NCBI RefSeq assembly: GCF_964355755.1
Contig: NC_092680.1
Coordinates: forward strand, 15,509,045-15,573,044
Direction of reading: 5' to 3'
Source: Antedon mediterranea
Lineage: Eukaryota; Animalia; Echinodermata
Length of the DNA: 64,000 nucleotides
Made by a program: the position numbers and the translations under genes
Shown: positions 1 through 12,900 of the stretch, piece by piece
Position numbering within the stretch: the first letter of the stretch is position 1
Layout: every line of letters begins with the position of its first letter
Notes under the pieces: model-generated
Told to the model about the DNA's origin: nothing
The model's input: the letters and a program-made list of their open reading frames with translations, nothing else
Database searches by the model: none

Positions 1-434
1 TGGTGTCGAACCTACGTCATTATGACAGGTTTGGCCACCGCGCACCGACAAGTTGAACCGCCGGTCAAACAATCGTTTTCGGCGGTTGTTTAGACCATAT
101 ATTTTGGAAACTATGAGTCAGATTTTTTAAATTTATTTCTTTAATTGCAATATTTATAATATTAATAGACTAAAAAAACCGTGATATTAACTTTTAAATA
201 TATAGGTACATCGATATATCCTATGAATAGAATTTTCTATTAAAAAGAAACTAGCCTAGCATCGGCGAAAGATAGCAGTTGGCATTTCATAGAAAGTAAT
301 GTTTTCCTGGGCGACGGCTCAACTTGGCCTAATCCGAACCCACTACCACCCAATCCCTGAACCATGACGTACCAATATCTATGCCAACCAGCCAATCAAC
401 CTAGCCTGCTCTGCTGGTAATACCTATGCACTTT

Positions 435-738
435 TCAATTGCATGACCAAATACAACCCCCGGGAGAGGTGCCTCATTAGTCCGATGTGCGTCATACCTT
501 TGAATGCCATGACGCAACTGTGTATGAAAATGTGACCTACCTTTAGGTGACCATGACACACCCATTTTGACGCACTGTGACCATGTTTTTAATGATATTT
601 TTAGTGGTAAAGTGACGCACCATCAATTATTGATGTGACATACTTTCTACTAGGTTTTATTACATCAGGAATTTTTTTTTAAAGGGAACACCCATGACGC
701 AGTTCTTCCGGGAGTCGTATAGTGGGTCATACAATTGA
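435..738. mobile_element. MITE with about 45-bp imperfect terminal inverted repeats
   Basis: tcaattgcatgaccaaatacaacccccgggagaggtgcctcat ... atgacgcagttcttccgggagtcgtatagtgggtcatacaattga. Confidence 0.65.
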
Positions 739-803
739 CAAGGTTACTAAAATAGATTATAAATTACATAATCATTAATATAGGCCTATATTTACTTTTC
801 CAG

Positions 804-944
804 GTGGCACACAGAGAAGTCGTAGCAGTAAAATGTGTCCTAAAAAAGAGCCTGTCCAAGTCCTCTACAGAAAACTTGTTAACAGAGATTGAAATATTAA
901 AGAAAGTAAAGCATGACCACATTGTAAACTTAATTGACTTTCAG
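804..944 (+). CDS. ULK3: ULK3 exon (VAVK lysine, alphaC helix)
   Basis: ttttccag|GTGGCAC...TTTCAG|gtgaga; [47 protein letters not shown]. Confidence 0.97.
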
Positions 945-3900
945 GTGAGAATTAAACATATCATTTTATATATTTCTACAAAAAAATAATTTTTACTAGA
1001 GGCACACTATATTCCAGAGGCAACATTAACAACCACCATTTTCGGTCATAAATCTACTGTGTGTGGTATTGCCCAGTATTGTTTTATGATATAAAATGAT
1101 ATCAAGCACATGTAATTAACATGCTCTATAGTAATAATTTTAACTTACAGTATCATTATATTTTTCCAGAGGCAAGTTAAACTATTGTTTATTTATTTAT
1201 TTAAAAACATATTTATACATAGGATTTAAACCTACCGGGTGCAGATATGCACCTGTTACATATGGTCCTGTTTTTAAGGAGCAAAAATGTTGTTTTCATT
1301 CTCCATAACAGTTTCAAAATAAACCTGATCAGTATTTTGACTTAATTTTTTGATTTAAAAATTCACAAAACGACATACAATTAAATATTTAGAAAATAAC
1401 ATTTAATGTGATGTTAGGATGTACTTGATAACATTTTATAAAACCCTACCCGTCCGGTCCCCGACATGCGATACTGGGCGTAGATTAGTATACAAATGAA
1501 TAAGTTATATGGCGGAGAAATTAAGGCAGGGGCCGCTGTTTACTGTACCTAAAAAGCTCATAATATTAGCTGATTTCGACACTGCCTCACTCCTAGTTTT
1601 GGTTGTGGAACAAGTATTCCCTGATAAGGACTATAAACCGTAGGTCCGGTGTACACAGTTAAACATGTGTGCACTTTAAAGAACCCAGTTCATCATTCGG
1701 GATGAGTAGGGGCTTAGTTCACAAAATAGCCCTTGTATCAGGGGGATTACCACACTATCTGATAAGAATTCACTATTGATAACCCTTGCCTACATTTGCT
1801 TTAAGTCATAAATTTAATAAAACAAATAAAATTAAATTAATAAAAATAAATACTTTTTTTATCAGGGATTGTAATTAGTAAATTTAATTCGACCTCTTAA
1901 TAATAAAACATTACTATACTTCACTGGACTTACAACATACTAAAACATATTGCAACCATTGGGAACTTGTTGTCTTTATAAGCTTACTTTTCTTTCCAGT
2001 GGGATGGGCATTACATCTACCTGATAATGGATTACTGCAGTGGGGGAGATTTATCAAAGTTTTTAGCAACGAAAAGAGCACTTCCTGAACGAGTTGTTCG
2101 ACGATTTTTGCAACAATTAGGTAAAAGTTAGATTGAGAATGAATCATTTAGAGTTTATGCACATTGAAAATTAGTCTACAATATTATCTATGTAGCCTAA
2201 TTTAATTTTAAATCAATAAAAACTATAGCAACATTAAAAATAATTTGTACTAATTATATAAAGAAGTATTTAGGTAGATTCTAATGGTTGCTTAATTTGC
2301 AGACACCATCTTTATAATCCATCATATAGCATTACCTAGCTATATTTTCTGGATTTTCCTAATCATGAATTATTTACAAAGAAATAATTGGTCATGTTAT
2401 GTTGACCAAACACTTATCCATATGTTAAATTACTAGGCATACATTCTGTAACTATACTTAATAGTGGTACACACATTGTTTAAAACACAATGTTTATGTC
2501 GAGTCAATTGGCCCAGAGGTTAAGGCACAGGCGCTTTTGGTGGTCGAACTAGTCTTAGATAAGGAATTAACCGTTGTGGACAGACGAACAACAGCGCCGT
2601 TTGGTGGCATCACTTGACACAAAGTGTCCAGACCTCTGTACAATATAATATAGCTCAGTTAGGCTGCAAGCCACAGGCTAACTCATGAAATATTTTTAAA
2701 GATTTATTAATGGTTGGTGTGACAAATTATTTTAATACATTTTTTTTTTCTTTTTACATCAGCTAGTGCTTTGCAGTTTTTACATTCACAAAATATATCT
2801 CATATGGATTTGAAACCTCAAAATCTGCTACTTTCCAACTCATATGATCCGGTGTTAAAGGTTGCAGGTAAGCTGTATGGATGATTCGGCCCACATGGGC
2901 TGAGAGACAATTTCGCCCAAACCATGGTTGTTAATATGCATTTTTGTTGCTATTTATCAAGTTTTTTAAAGTTGATTGAACTAGACAATCATATTAAATG
3001 ATAATATAAATAAACACAACAGCCACAGAATATGCATTCTAAACCACCCGATGATATAATGAAATTAATTAATTCGAAACGATAAAGATGAGGAAATCTG
3101 TGAGAATGAGAAAAAGTCCTAACATTTTGTGTAAGTAGCCATGTTCTAGCCTGCTAGACTAGACCAATTGCATCGATAGCTGGAGGGGTTTAATGCATTG
3201 AAACAAAATCAAAATTAATCATTATTAAATACACTAGAAATATATATGTATCGCTATTTATAAATCTATAAACACAACAGGCATAGAAATAAATTCCAAA
3301 CCGCCCGGTGATACACTGAAAATTATTTAATTAATTTTTGAAACGATAAAGATGAGGAAATCTGTGAGAATGAGAAAAAGTCGCCCCAACCGAGACTCGA
3401 ACTCGGACCGTCTGCTTGATATGCAGTTGCCCTAACCATTAGACCACTGGGGCTTTCATGGTATTGTTCTTTAACTCGATCGGATAACGACCCTTTAACA
3501 TTCTCGGCGTGGTACGGTTGGAACACAACTAGTCCTCAGTTGTACGCACGCGCACCAGAGATCAAATTGATACGCCCTCATCTATAATTCAGTTTAAACT
3601 ATTTATAAATCTATAAATGTGTATATCATTGGAAAGGTTACATCTTCGGCCGAATCTCTGCAGCTATTTGACACACCATATTTTTCTTTTACTCTTACCC
3701 TAATTACGAAATTCTATTCTGGTACAATATAATAATAATAATATATAAATACTTTATTTTAACACGGAAAAGCTTGTGTCACCATAAAGGTGTTCTTCTA
3801 CAAGGCCGTGATCAACTAACAGTAGTACATTACACATTTAAAAATAACAAATTTAAGAAATAACAAATTTTCAAAATTTTGTCTTTTTTTAAACAGTCAT

Positions 3901-6900
3901 AGTTTCTAAAGTAAACCGTGAACCGTTTATTTTTATTACAAAATCTAGAAGTTGATGAGTTGTAGATAACGGATCATGCATCGATAAGGCTAATAATAAT
4001 AATAATAAATACTTTATTTTAACACGGAAAAGCTTGTGTCACCATAAAGGTGTTCTTCTACAAGGCCGTGAACAACTAACAGTAGTACATTACACAATTT
4101 AAAATAACAAATTTAAAAAACTAGATGGTACGCTCGCTTCGCTCGCGTACCATCTAGGTCGTACCCACAGATGGTTCTCGAATACACAGTAATTTCAGCG
4201 TTAAAAAACTGGCGATTTCAAATGTACAATAATGCAGGACAATAATATATGTCGTTTACAGGAACGATTAAATAGACACTGTGATTTATGTACTCAACTA
4301 AAATTAGCACACTGGGAATTACTTCCGAAAGAGAAAGTTGTCACAAAATGAGACCAATTGTTTAAGTCAAATTTAAACAAACTTAATTTGTGTTTTGTAT
4401 GTAACATTATGGTTGAGAGATGGGGAAGAGGATGGGTGCAAAGAGGAACAATTTTTAAATATATTCTTTATTTTGTAACGAAATATTAATTAACATGTTT
4501 TACAAATAATATACCACTAAACACAGTAAAACATTGCGATGTAATACTTTGTTGAAACTATCACCGTCGTAGTCGATTGAAATAGTACAGTACATGTAAC
4601 GATACACTACGACGTATGTTTATATATAATGTTAAACAGTTTGTGAAAACCACCTCTATTCGGGGCAAATCATAAATTCGATTTAATCGGTAATAAATAT
4701 TAAATTACGGCGACTGAAAACGCTAGCTCATTATCCGTTTAAAAAAAATTATATCCAACCTCTGCAGCACAGATTGAAAAAAATAATGGATCGAATTTCT
4801 GTTATGAGTACAGTACTTTCCTTTACGACGCCTGAGGGAATAGACACTTGTGGAACGACACAGAGATTGGAATGTTCCATTCATCGCAAATCAATACATT
4901 TGTATAAACGTATATTAAATCTATCAAAATAGTATTTTTTTAAGAAAATCGGCCTGTCTTCAACATTATGATACTGTACTCGAGCTGTTCAACCGGTTTT
5001 CAGCTATTAAAAACAATTATCGTAGGAGGAGATAGGAAAATGCGAAGCCTCCTCGCATTTTTGTGGCGGGTATTTTTCAAGATGGACATCCATTAGACAG
5101 TGTATACCACGATCGGAAAACACCCCTATCTGGGGCAAATCGTTGAACCTAAATTCGTTTTAATCGTCAATAACTAATTATCTAACTCAATTTAATTAGT
5201 AAACAGGGTTACATCAGGTGGTTAAAATCAGTACCGAAAGTACGAACCAACTTTACATACCATCGAGTAAAAATTCTAAAAGTAAGGCGTGATTTACCGA
5301 ATTTTGCCCTTACGTAAATTTATATATAGATAACACATTTTCAAAATTTTGTCTTTTTTTAAACAGTCATAGTTTCTAAAGTAAACCGTGAACCGTTTAT
5401 TTTTATTACAAAATCTAGAAGTTGATGAGTTGTAGATAACGGATCAATGAAAAAACTAATGAAATAATTCAAAGCTGTTATTTTTGTATTGAAGATTTTG
5501 GTTTTGCACAGTATGTTGAAATACAGATAAACAGTGAAAGTCTCAGGGGATCTCCACTTTACATGGCACCAGAAATTATTATAAATGCTACATATGATGC
5601 TAAGGTTGACTTATGGTCAGTTGGTGTCATTCTTTTTGGTAAGTATTTGTTGTCTGTAAACGGATGTGAGGTGCTGGAAAAACAGCTTTTCAGGGATGAG
5701 ATTCCTCCTTGAATCGACGGATTTCATTTTTGTAACCTCTCAATATTATTCAAAATCTGAATCCAAAATTTTGTTTGGAGTGTAGGTGGTACCGTCAATC
5801 AATCATTATAACAATTCATTTCGCGCCCTTGATTTTTTTTAATTTGTTAATCTAACTATATTTAGATTTTTGGTGGCGCTATTTACTATATTGACACCGT
5901 TCTCTGTTATTGTAGATGTTCACAAAGTTTTTGTTATATTAAAATTACGGTAAAATACAAATCTAAATTTATTTAAATGATTTATTTGTAATTTTATTAC
6001 AAAATGAACTACATTGAACCTGGGTTCACGAAGTGGAAACAGTCGTTTTTGATGTGACTGATTAGATCACGAAGTAGATGTTGAAATTTGTGCGAGTCCA
6101 TGAACGCATGAAGCTGGGTAATTACATAAAAAAGCCCACAATGATTATCAGAATTCAGCATAAATCTAACATGTAATTAAATTAATTTGTAATACTGTAT
6201 AAAATAATAATAGATCCATATTTTTGTATAATTTTTGTAATATTATTTTATTATGTTGGGGACCCCTTTGGAAACAAGCCTCTGGGCTTAAAGGGCCATC
6301 CCCTGCTTTCCATGCTTATTTTCTTGTCTAGTCTTGTATTTTTATATTTAATTGTTTCTCTTTTTATTTCATTTACATTATACTGTTTTATTTATTTGTA
6401 CTGTATTTGGAAAGCAATAAATATTACTTACTTACTTACTAACACCGCTGGGAATGCCTACTGACCGTTGTGCAACGTCAACGCCTTTGTTGTAATTGTT
6501 TTGTAACTACTGTGGAGTAGCTTTGCGTCAGGGTGTTGAGTAATTGGTCAGATGTTTTGTAAGTACATTGAGAATACTTGGCTAGTGATCTGGAGGTCGT
6601 GGGTTTGAGTCCCACCCGAGAATCACTTGCAAATTTTTTAAAATTCTCAATGTACTTAGTATGAAGTACAAATTACATCAGAGTAGGGCAAAATATCTGA
6701 CCAACAACTATGTTGTTTTGTTATAATCAATTAATTGTCAAGATTATTAAAGAAAAAAACATTTATTATTCTTAAATAAAACATTTGATTATTCTAAATG
6801 CAATTTATGAAATTTGCTATTTTTAATTGCTTCATTGTGAGTTGAATACCTTGAATAGAGGGCAACATAGACTCCCCTTAATCCCACTATTGTGTACTAT

Positions 6901-9900
6901 TAGTATTTTATTTATTGATATTTTCAGTATTTTTGATTGTGTTCCTTTTTAGAATGTCTATTTGGTAAAGCACCATTTGCATCCAAGACGTTTTCAGAAT
7001 TAGCTGACAAGATAAAAAGTAATGAACCTATTAAGGTAAGGTAACAATACTGTAACAATGTGTTTCTATGAACTGAATTTCAACCTTCGAGCTGCATGTT
7101 TTTTACTATATAAACCTGAATAAATTAAAAAAAATAAATAGATATTGTCTTTCTACTATTGGATGTATTGCTATATGAATAAATTCATTGGTACAGAAGT
7201 GTAATGTTTATTCTATAGTCGCTGAACACATAGACTACTACATCATTACATCTATGAATGGATGGCTAGTTGGTGACAAGAACGCTAGTTCATCATACCC
7301 TGTACCGTTTTGATTTTACAATCGTTCGGGAAAACATCTGACATGGAATACTACTTTGTTGAAGATTGAACAATTTAAAAGTAAATTCAATAAAAGACAC
7401 ATTTAATACAGTACTGCATACAAACAAATCAAATAATACCTTTTCTATTTTTCTGATAGATCCCGTCCTCAATTAGAATATCCGATCAGTGCCATGATTT
7501 GATGTTTAGACTTCTACAGAGAGATCCGAAGCAGAGGATAAGTTTTGAGGAATTCTTTGATCATAAATTTGTTGACATAGAACACATGCCATCTCCACAA
7601 TGTATTGAACGTGCTGTGAGTAAAATGTGTAGGCTATTATATCAATAGAAAGAAGGGCCAATGTACAAATTATAAATTGTTTTGTATAAATTTTTGTATT
7701 TTTTTTAATGTTTCTGTTTCCATATATTTATATATATATTTTTGTAAATCAACAATTTCAGCCTTCGGGCTGCATGTTTTTTATTGTATAAACCTGAATA
7801 AATAAAAAAAAAAATAATAATTTTTTATTAAAGCCAGTAGACCTACATTCTTTTTACCTAATTTAAGGTCATACACTACATTTGCCTGCTATAAATACCA
7901 GAATGCATCGCGTATGATGTTCTTTACCGCTCTTTACCAGCTAGGCCTACACAACTAAGTCTAGCTAAGCAATGGTAGTGCATTGTTTCTCTTTTTTTTA
8001 ATAATTAACCCTAAATAGTACCTTTAAATGACCCAATTTAATGTTTTTACAGTAATATATATGCATTATTTGTATTTTATTATATTCATTTTTATTATAG
8101 TTTTAATAATTGCTCCAAACTTTGTACTAAAGGGGAGCATTGTAAGTTTTTCCCAATTTGGACAGTATCTCGTCGAACTCTGAAATTAATATTTGTAGTT
8201 AACCTTTTTTCTAGAAAAAAATTGTAACAGAAGCAGCACAGAAAGATATAGAAGGTGATTACAAGTCTGCTGCCAGCCTATATTGCCAAGCTCTTGAATA
8301 CTTTCTTCCTGCAATACACTGTAGGTATTATAGTAGTATGGTTATTGTATAATGGCTGTATTATTATGGTAACACATAAATTTAAGTATGTTGACGATGG
8401 ATATTACTTTTACACATGCTTTAGAAGGTATCATTCGGTACACTTACATATCTTCATTAACAAGTCACCCTTCTAAAAAGACATTAAAACATTGCAAAAT
8501 ATTTAAGACAAATATAAATTGCCAATTTATTTCTTTGATAGATGAAAAAAATCGTACCAAAAAAGAAGCCCTGAGATCAAAGGTTAGGATTTATGTAGTT
8601 TTATTATTACAATTTGGCCATTTCATCTCAAGTCTTACTAAAAATGTAATGGTTTTTACTACTCTCAAACAATAGAGGGCACTTTATAACATATACCATG
8701 TAATTATTAGTTCTTCAAAGCAAGTATATGTCTCCTTGGCTGAATGGGTCAACACTCTGTCAGAAGATTTGTTAAAAAAGGCTTTGCCTGTTTTTAAATT
8801 TAATAATTGCAAATTATTTTTTTAGGTACGAGAATATATGCAAAGAGCTGAAGAGTTAAAACAGTCTTTCAAGCCGTCAGCTGCACATCCTCCGTCCACC
8901 CCAGAAGCGCCTTCAACCACATTTATTTTGGGTACGATCACACTTTTTAAAGTGTTAAATAATTAATGTTTCAGTACAGTAGTAATGAAGATTAATGGTA
9001 TTATCTTCAAGCTTACTGTACTTGGAAACTAAGGACATTTTGATTAGGCCTCATACGAAAACATGGCAGCCAGCAGTGCAGCCCCTACCCAGATCAGCAC
9101 ACTGGAAGATCCCGTTTCTTTTCAAATAGTATACCAAGTTCTTGAACGTGCACTATATGTACACAACTTTACACTCAAAGGATGAGGCAACAAAAGTAAA
9201 GCATTTTGCCTAAAGATACAATCAGTATGGTGCAGATAGACTCGACCCCAGCCTATCACATGATAGTCCGATTTCCCTATCATTATTTGATGTCTATACA
9301 GCACTGTACCTGACAATATTCCCAAACAGTCTCAAAAACGCAAATGGGCCCAACTATCATAATTGTTAATTGAAAAAAACTTAGATGTAGAAATCCTAAT
9401 ATTATTGTACTGTTTCTTACTTACTTACACAATTTGATTTTCCTTTTTTAGATGGGTTAGCTAATGGATATCCTGAATTAAAAGCAGCATTGCATACAAC
9501 ATGCCAAGCTGAAACATTTGTAAGAATTTTACAATTGATTTCATCGTGTACATAGTAATAGTAAAATTGTCAGAAAGCTCAAATGAGGATGTAGGGATAC
9601 TGAATTCTGCTAGATTTTCACTAGTTGCAGGTACTATCACAACTCCCATGTTCAGATATGTACAGATGTTTTTAAATGCTGTATTGTAATAGAAGTCTCA
9701 GCAAACCATTGTTGAGAAAATCATGATGGTCAAACATCAAAAGGTGCCTTACCAATTGAAACTTTTCCTTACAATGCCTTCCGGAATTTGGTTAGATATG
9801 ACAGGTTTAAAGCCCTTTCTTTTCTTAGCCATGCACAACATACTGTATTAAGAAAACAAAAGTATACTCCATATGCAAAATTTAAGAATATTCAAAGTTG

Positions 9901-12900
9901 TAGTGTGTTGAAAAATTGTTGGTCTTAAGGGATTCTCACAACATATTATGTTATGACACTTTTTTTAACCTTGTCTACTAGTTCACACATCCACTGTCAT
10001 ACACATCCAGCTGCAAAAACCTTCAGGTTGTTGAAGGCGGCAACTTAGTACAAGATGAGTTTATGATGGTGTTTATATGTTATTTACTGTACAATAAACA
10101 CTATTATATATATATGTTTTTTACAGGATGAACAAGAAAGGTACCAGGAAGCATTTAGTAAATATGAAGAAGCACTAGGCCAACTATTACCAATATTACA
10201 AAGTGAGAATCTAAATGTAAAAGATATAAAGATTTAATATTTTTATGATTCTTTTATTGCTATAGTCTTTTATACTACAACTTTATAGTGGATTTTATAT
10301 TTCTTAAAATTTAATATAACCGCTATTTTTGCCATAACATGAAAATGTAATATGCTCAGCTATTTCCCTGTCACATAAGACAGAACCAGAAGAATAGCTC
10401 TGGCAATGAACTTGAATTAAACATTATGGAATTGTTTAATGTATAATCTCTTTTGTCTATAGGCGAACCAAAAAGCCATAGAAGGGAACTGTTGCAAACA
10501 GAAGTTTTGAGATTTATGTCAAGAGCAGAGGAGATCAAAAACTATTTAGAAGTAAGTAAAAGAGTGCCTATTTAACACTTTGACTGCCAGAGGTTTTTCC
10601 AGTTAGAAACTGCCACCGCCAGCGTTTTTAACCCAATTTGATGTAGACTAAAATAATCATAAAGATTTTAGCTTTACAATGGTACCAAGAACGATTTTCA
10701 AATCACAATATGTAAATCGTAATAGTAGAATAAAAGTAACCTCTTCGAGTTTTTCGTAGTTTAGAGCAAGAAAGTCGAGATATTCGCGATTTTGTGCAAG
10801 ACATCACAATATAAAAATATTGCCCGGTGAGATTAACAAATAACGTAAAAGTTGCTTACACTGCACCGATAGGCCTATAAAACACGTTATCACTATATCT
10901 AAAAATGTATTACATTTTATAAATCATGAATCTTACCTCAAAGTTTTGCCAAAATCCACATAGTGAAGACACCAGGCCTAGTAAACGAGGCCTAAAGTTG
11001 GTCCGGAACTGTTTTACGACTAGGCCTAGGCTAGCCTAGTACTAGCCTAGTAAACTGATGATAATATCCATACCATTTCACATGAATTCGTATCTACAAT
11101 ACTAGAGCTTCCAGAAAACGTTTTAATCATGATTATCAATTTTTATACTGACGAGATTAAAATTTACTGTAAAGATGAAAATAGGTGACCCATGTTATTT
11201 ATATTTTTAGACATGATGACGTCACTAAAATTAAAATATTTTTAACTCATGCGAAAGATAGTTGATTTACCTAGACAGTATTAAAATATCGGGGGAAATG
11301 GAATACGTATAAGCGAGATGCGCTCTATTTAATGTGATGAGCAATAACAAAAGAGTAAAAAATCCTATAATTTACATTCGTGTGGCCAAACGATGACGTC
11401 ATGACATCCGAGGGGTAAAGATTCTGCATGAATTCATATCTACAACATATCTGCTACATATTAAATTTAAAAAAAATTGGGGGTCATGGATGATTCTGAG
11501 GAGCTATAATAGATTCAAACTAGGCATAATTTATAGGTAATAATAGGTCTAAATCAATGTGTTCGTATGAAATCATTTTAATTTGAAATGACGTCAATCT
11601 TTTTTTTTAAATGACTAGGAAAGGCTGTAAAATCATAATTCAAGAGAAAAACACATGATTTTCATGCTCGTGGGGCACCTTACGCGTAAAATTTTTCGCG
11701 CTCGTGGGAATTTTTGACATCCTTAAAATGTCATGATCAGGGTAGAAAGTTAATTAGAAATTAATTTTGCGCATTTAGAAATTTTAAATGTGCGTGCGTG
11801 CGTAACTTCTTGTGAAACATGCCATTTTCAATCCATAGAAAGTTTGCTCTTGATATGACTTAAATTTTCACCAAGTGTCAATACAAAATTAATTTTGGTT
11901 TATAATCTATGATCAATCATTGAAATTAATAAAATCGCGCGTAACTTGCGCTGCGCGACTCTAACGTCATATAACGAAATTTCTTGCACAGCTACAGCTA
12001 CAGGTCAATCTTATGACAAAGTTTTGTAAGAAGAATAACATAGAAAAAAAAAAAAGATCGTGACAATAACAAGGGGTTATCCGCCAAGTGCGGATAACCA
12101 ATTACTAGAAATAATGTATGCTAGGTGCCCATCATTTAGTAACCTGGTAAATTCTGTTCTTAACTGTATATGTATATTTTGCAGATGAATCGTCTTCCAT
12201 CACGACAAGATTCACTCAACCAAAGTGTAATGGTAACAAATGATTCAGAAGATGCAACATGTAAGTTTTTAACATTTATAGCTGCAAGGTTGAATCATCT
12301 CATCTTAAATTATGAGTTTATACCACTGGTGCTCTTTCCCAAAGTAGTAGCATATTTTTGGACGGTGTGTTTTTCACATATTTTCCATATACCACACTTG
12401 TGATGAACCTATATTTACTCTCTTCTTCTTATACCACACCTGGAATGAACCTACATTTACTCTCTTTTTCTTATACCACGTCCACCTGTGATAAACCTAA
12501 GTTTACTCTCTTCTTCTTATACCACACTTGGAATGAACCTAAGTTTACTCTCTTCTTCTTATACCACACCTGGAATGAACCTAAGTTTACTGTCTTCTTC
12601 TTATACCACACCTGGAATGAACCTAAGTTTACTGTCTTCTTTTTATACCACACCTGGAATGAACCTAAGTTTACTGTCTTCTTCTTATACCACACCTGGA
12701 ATGAACCTAAGTTTACTGTCTTCTTCTTATACCACACTTGTAATGAACCTAAGTTTACTGTCTTCTTCTTATACCACACCTGGAATGAACCTAAGTTTAC
12801 TGTCTTCTTCTTATACCACACCTGGAATGAACCTAAGTTTACTCTCTTCTTCTTATACCACACCTGGAATGAACCTAAGTTTACTGTCTTCTTCTTATAC

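Noticed and set aside
3382-3453. Bona fide tRNA-Asp gene
   Set aside because: ATC anticodon, A at position 32, mismatch at the top of the anticodon stem, and location inside a dispersed repeat; reported only as tRNA-like.
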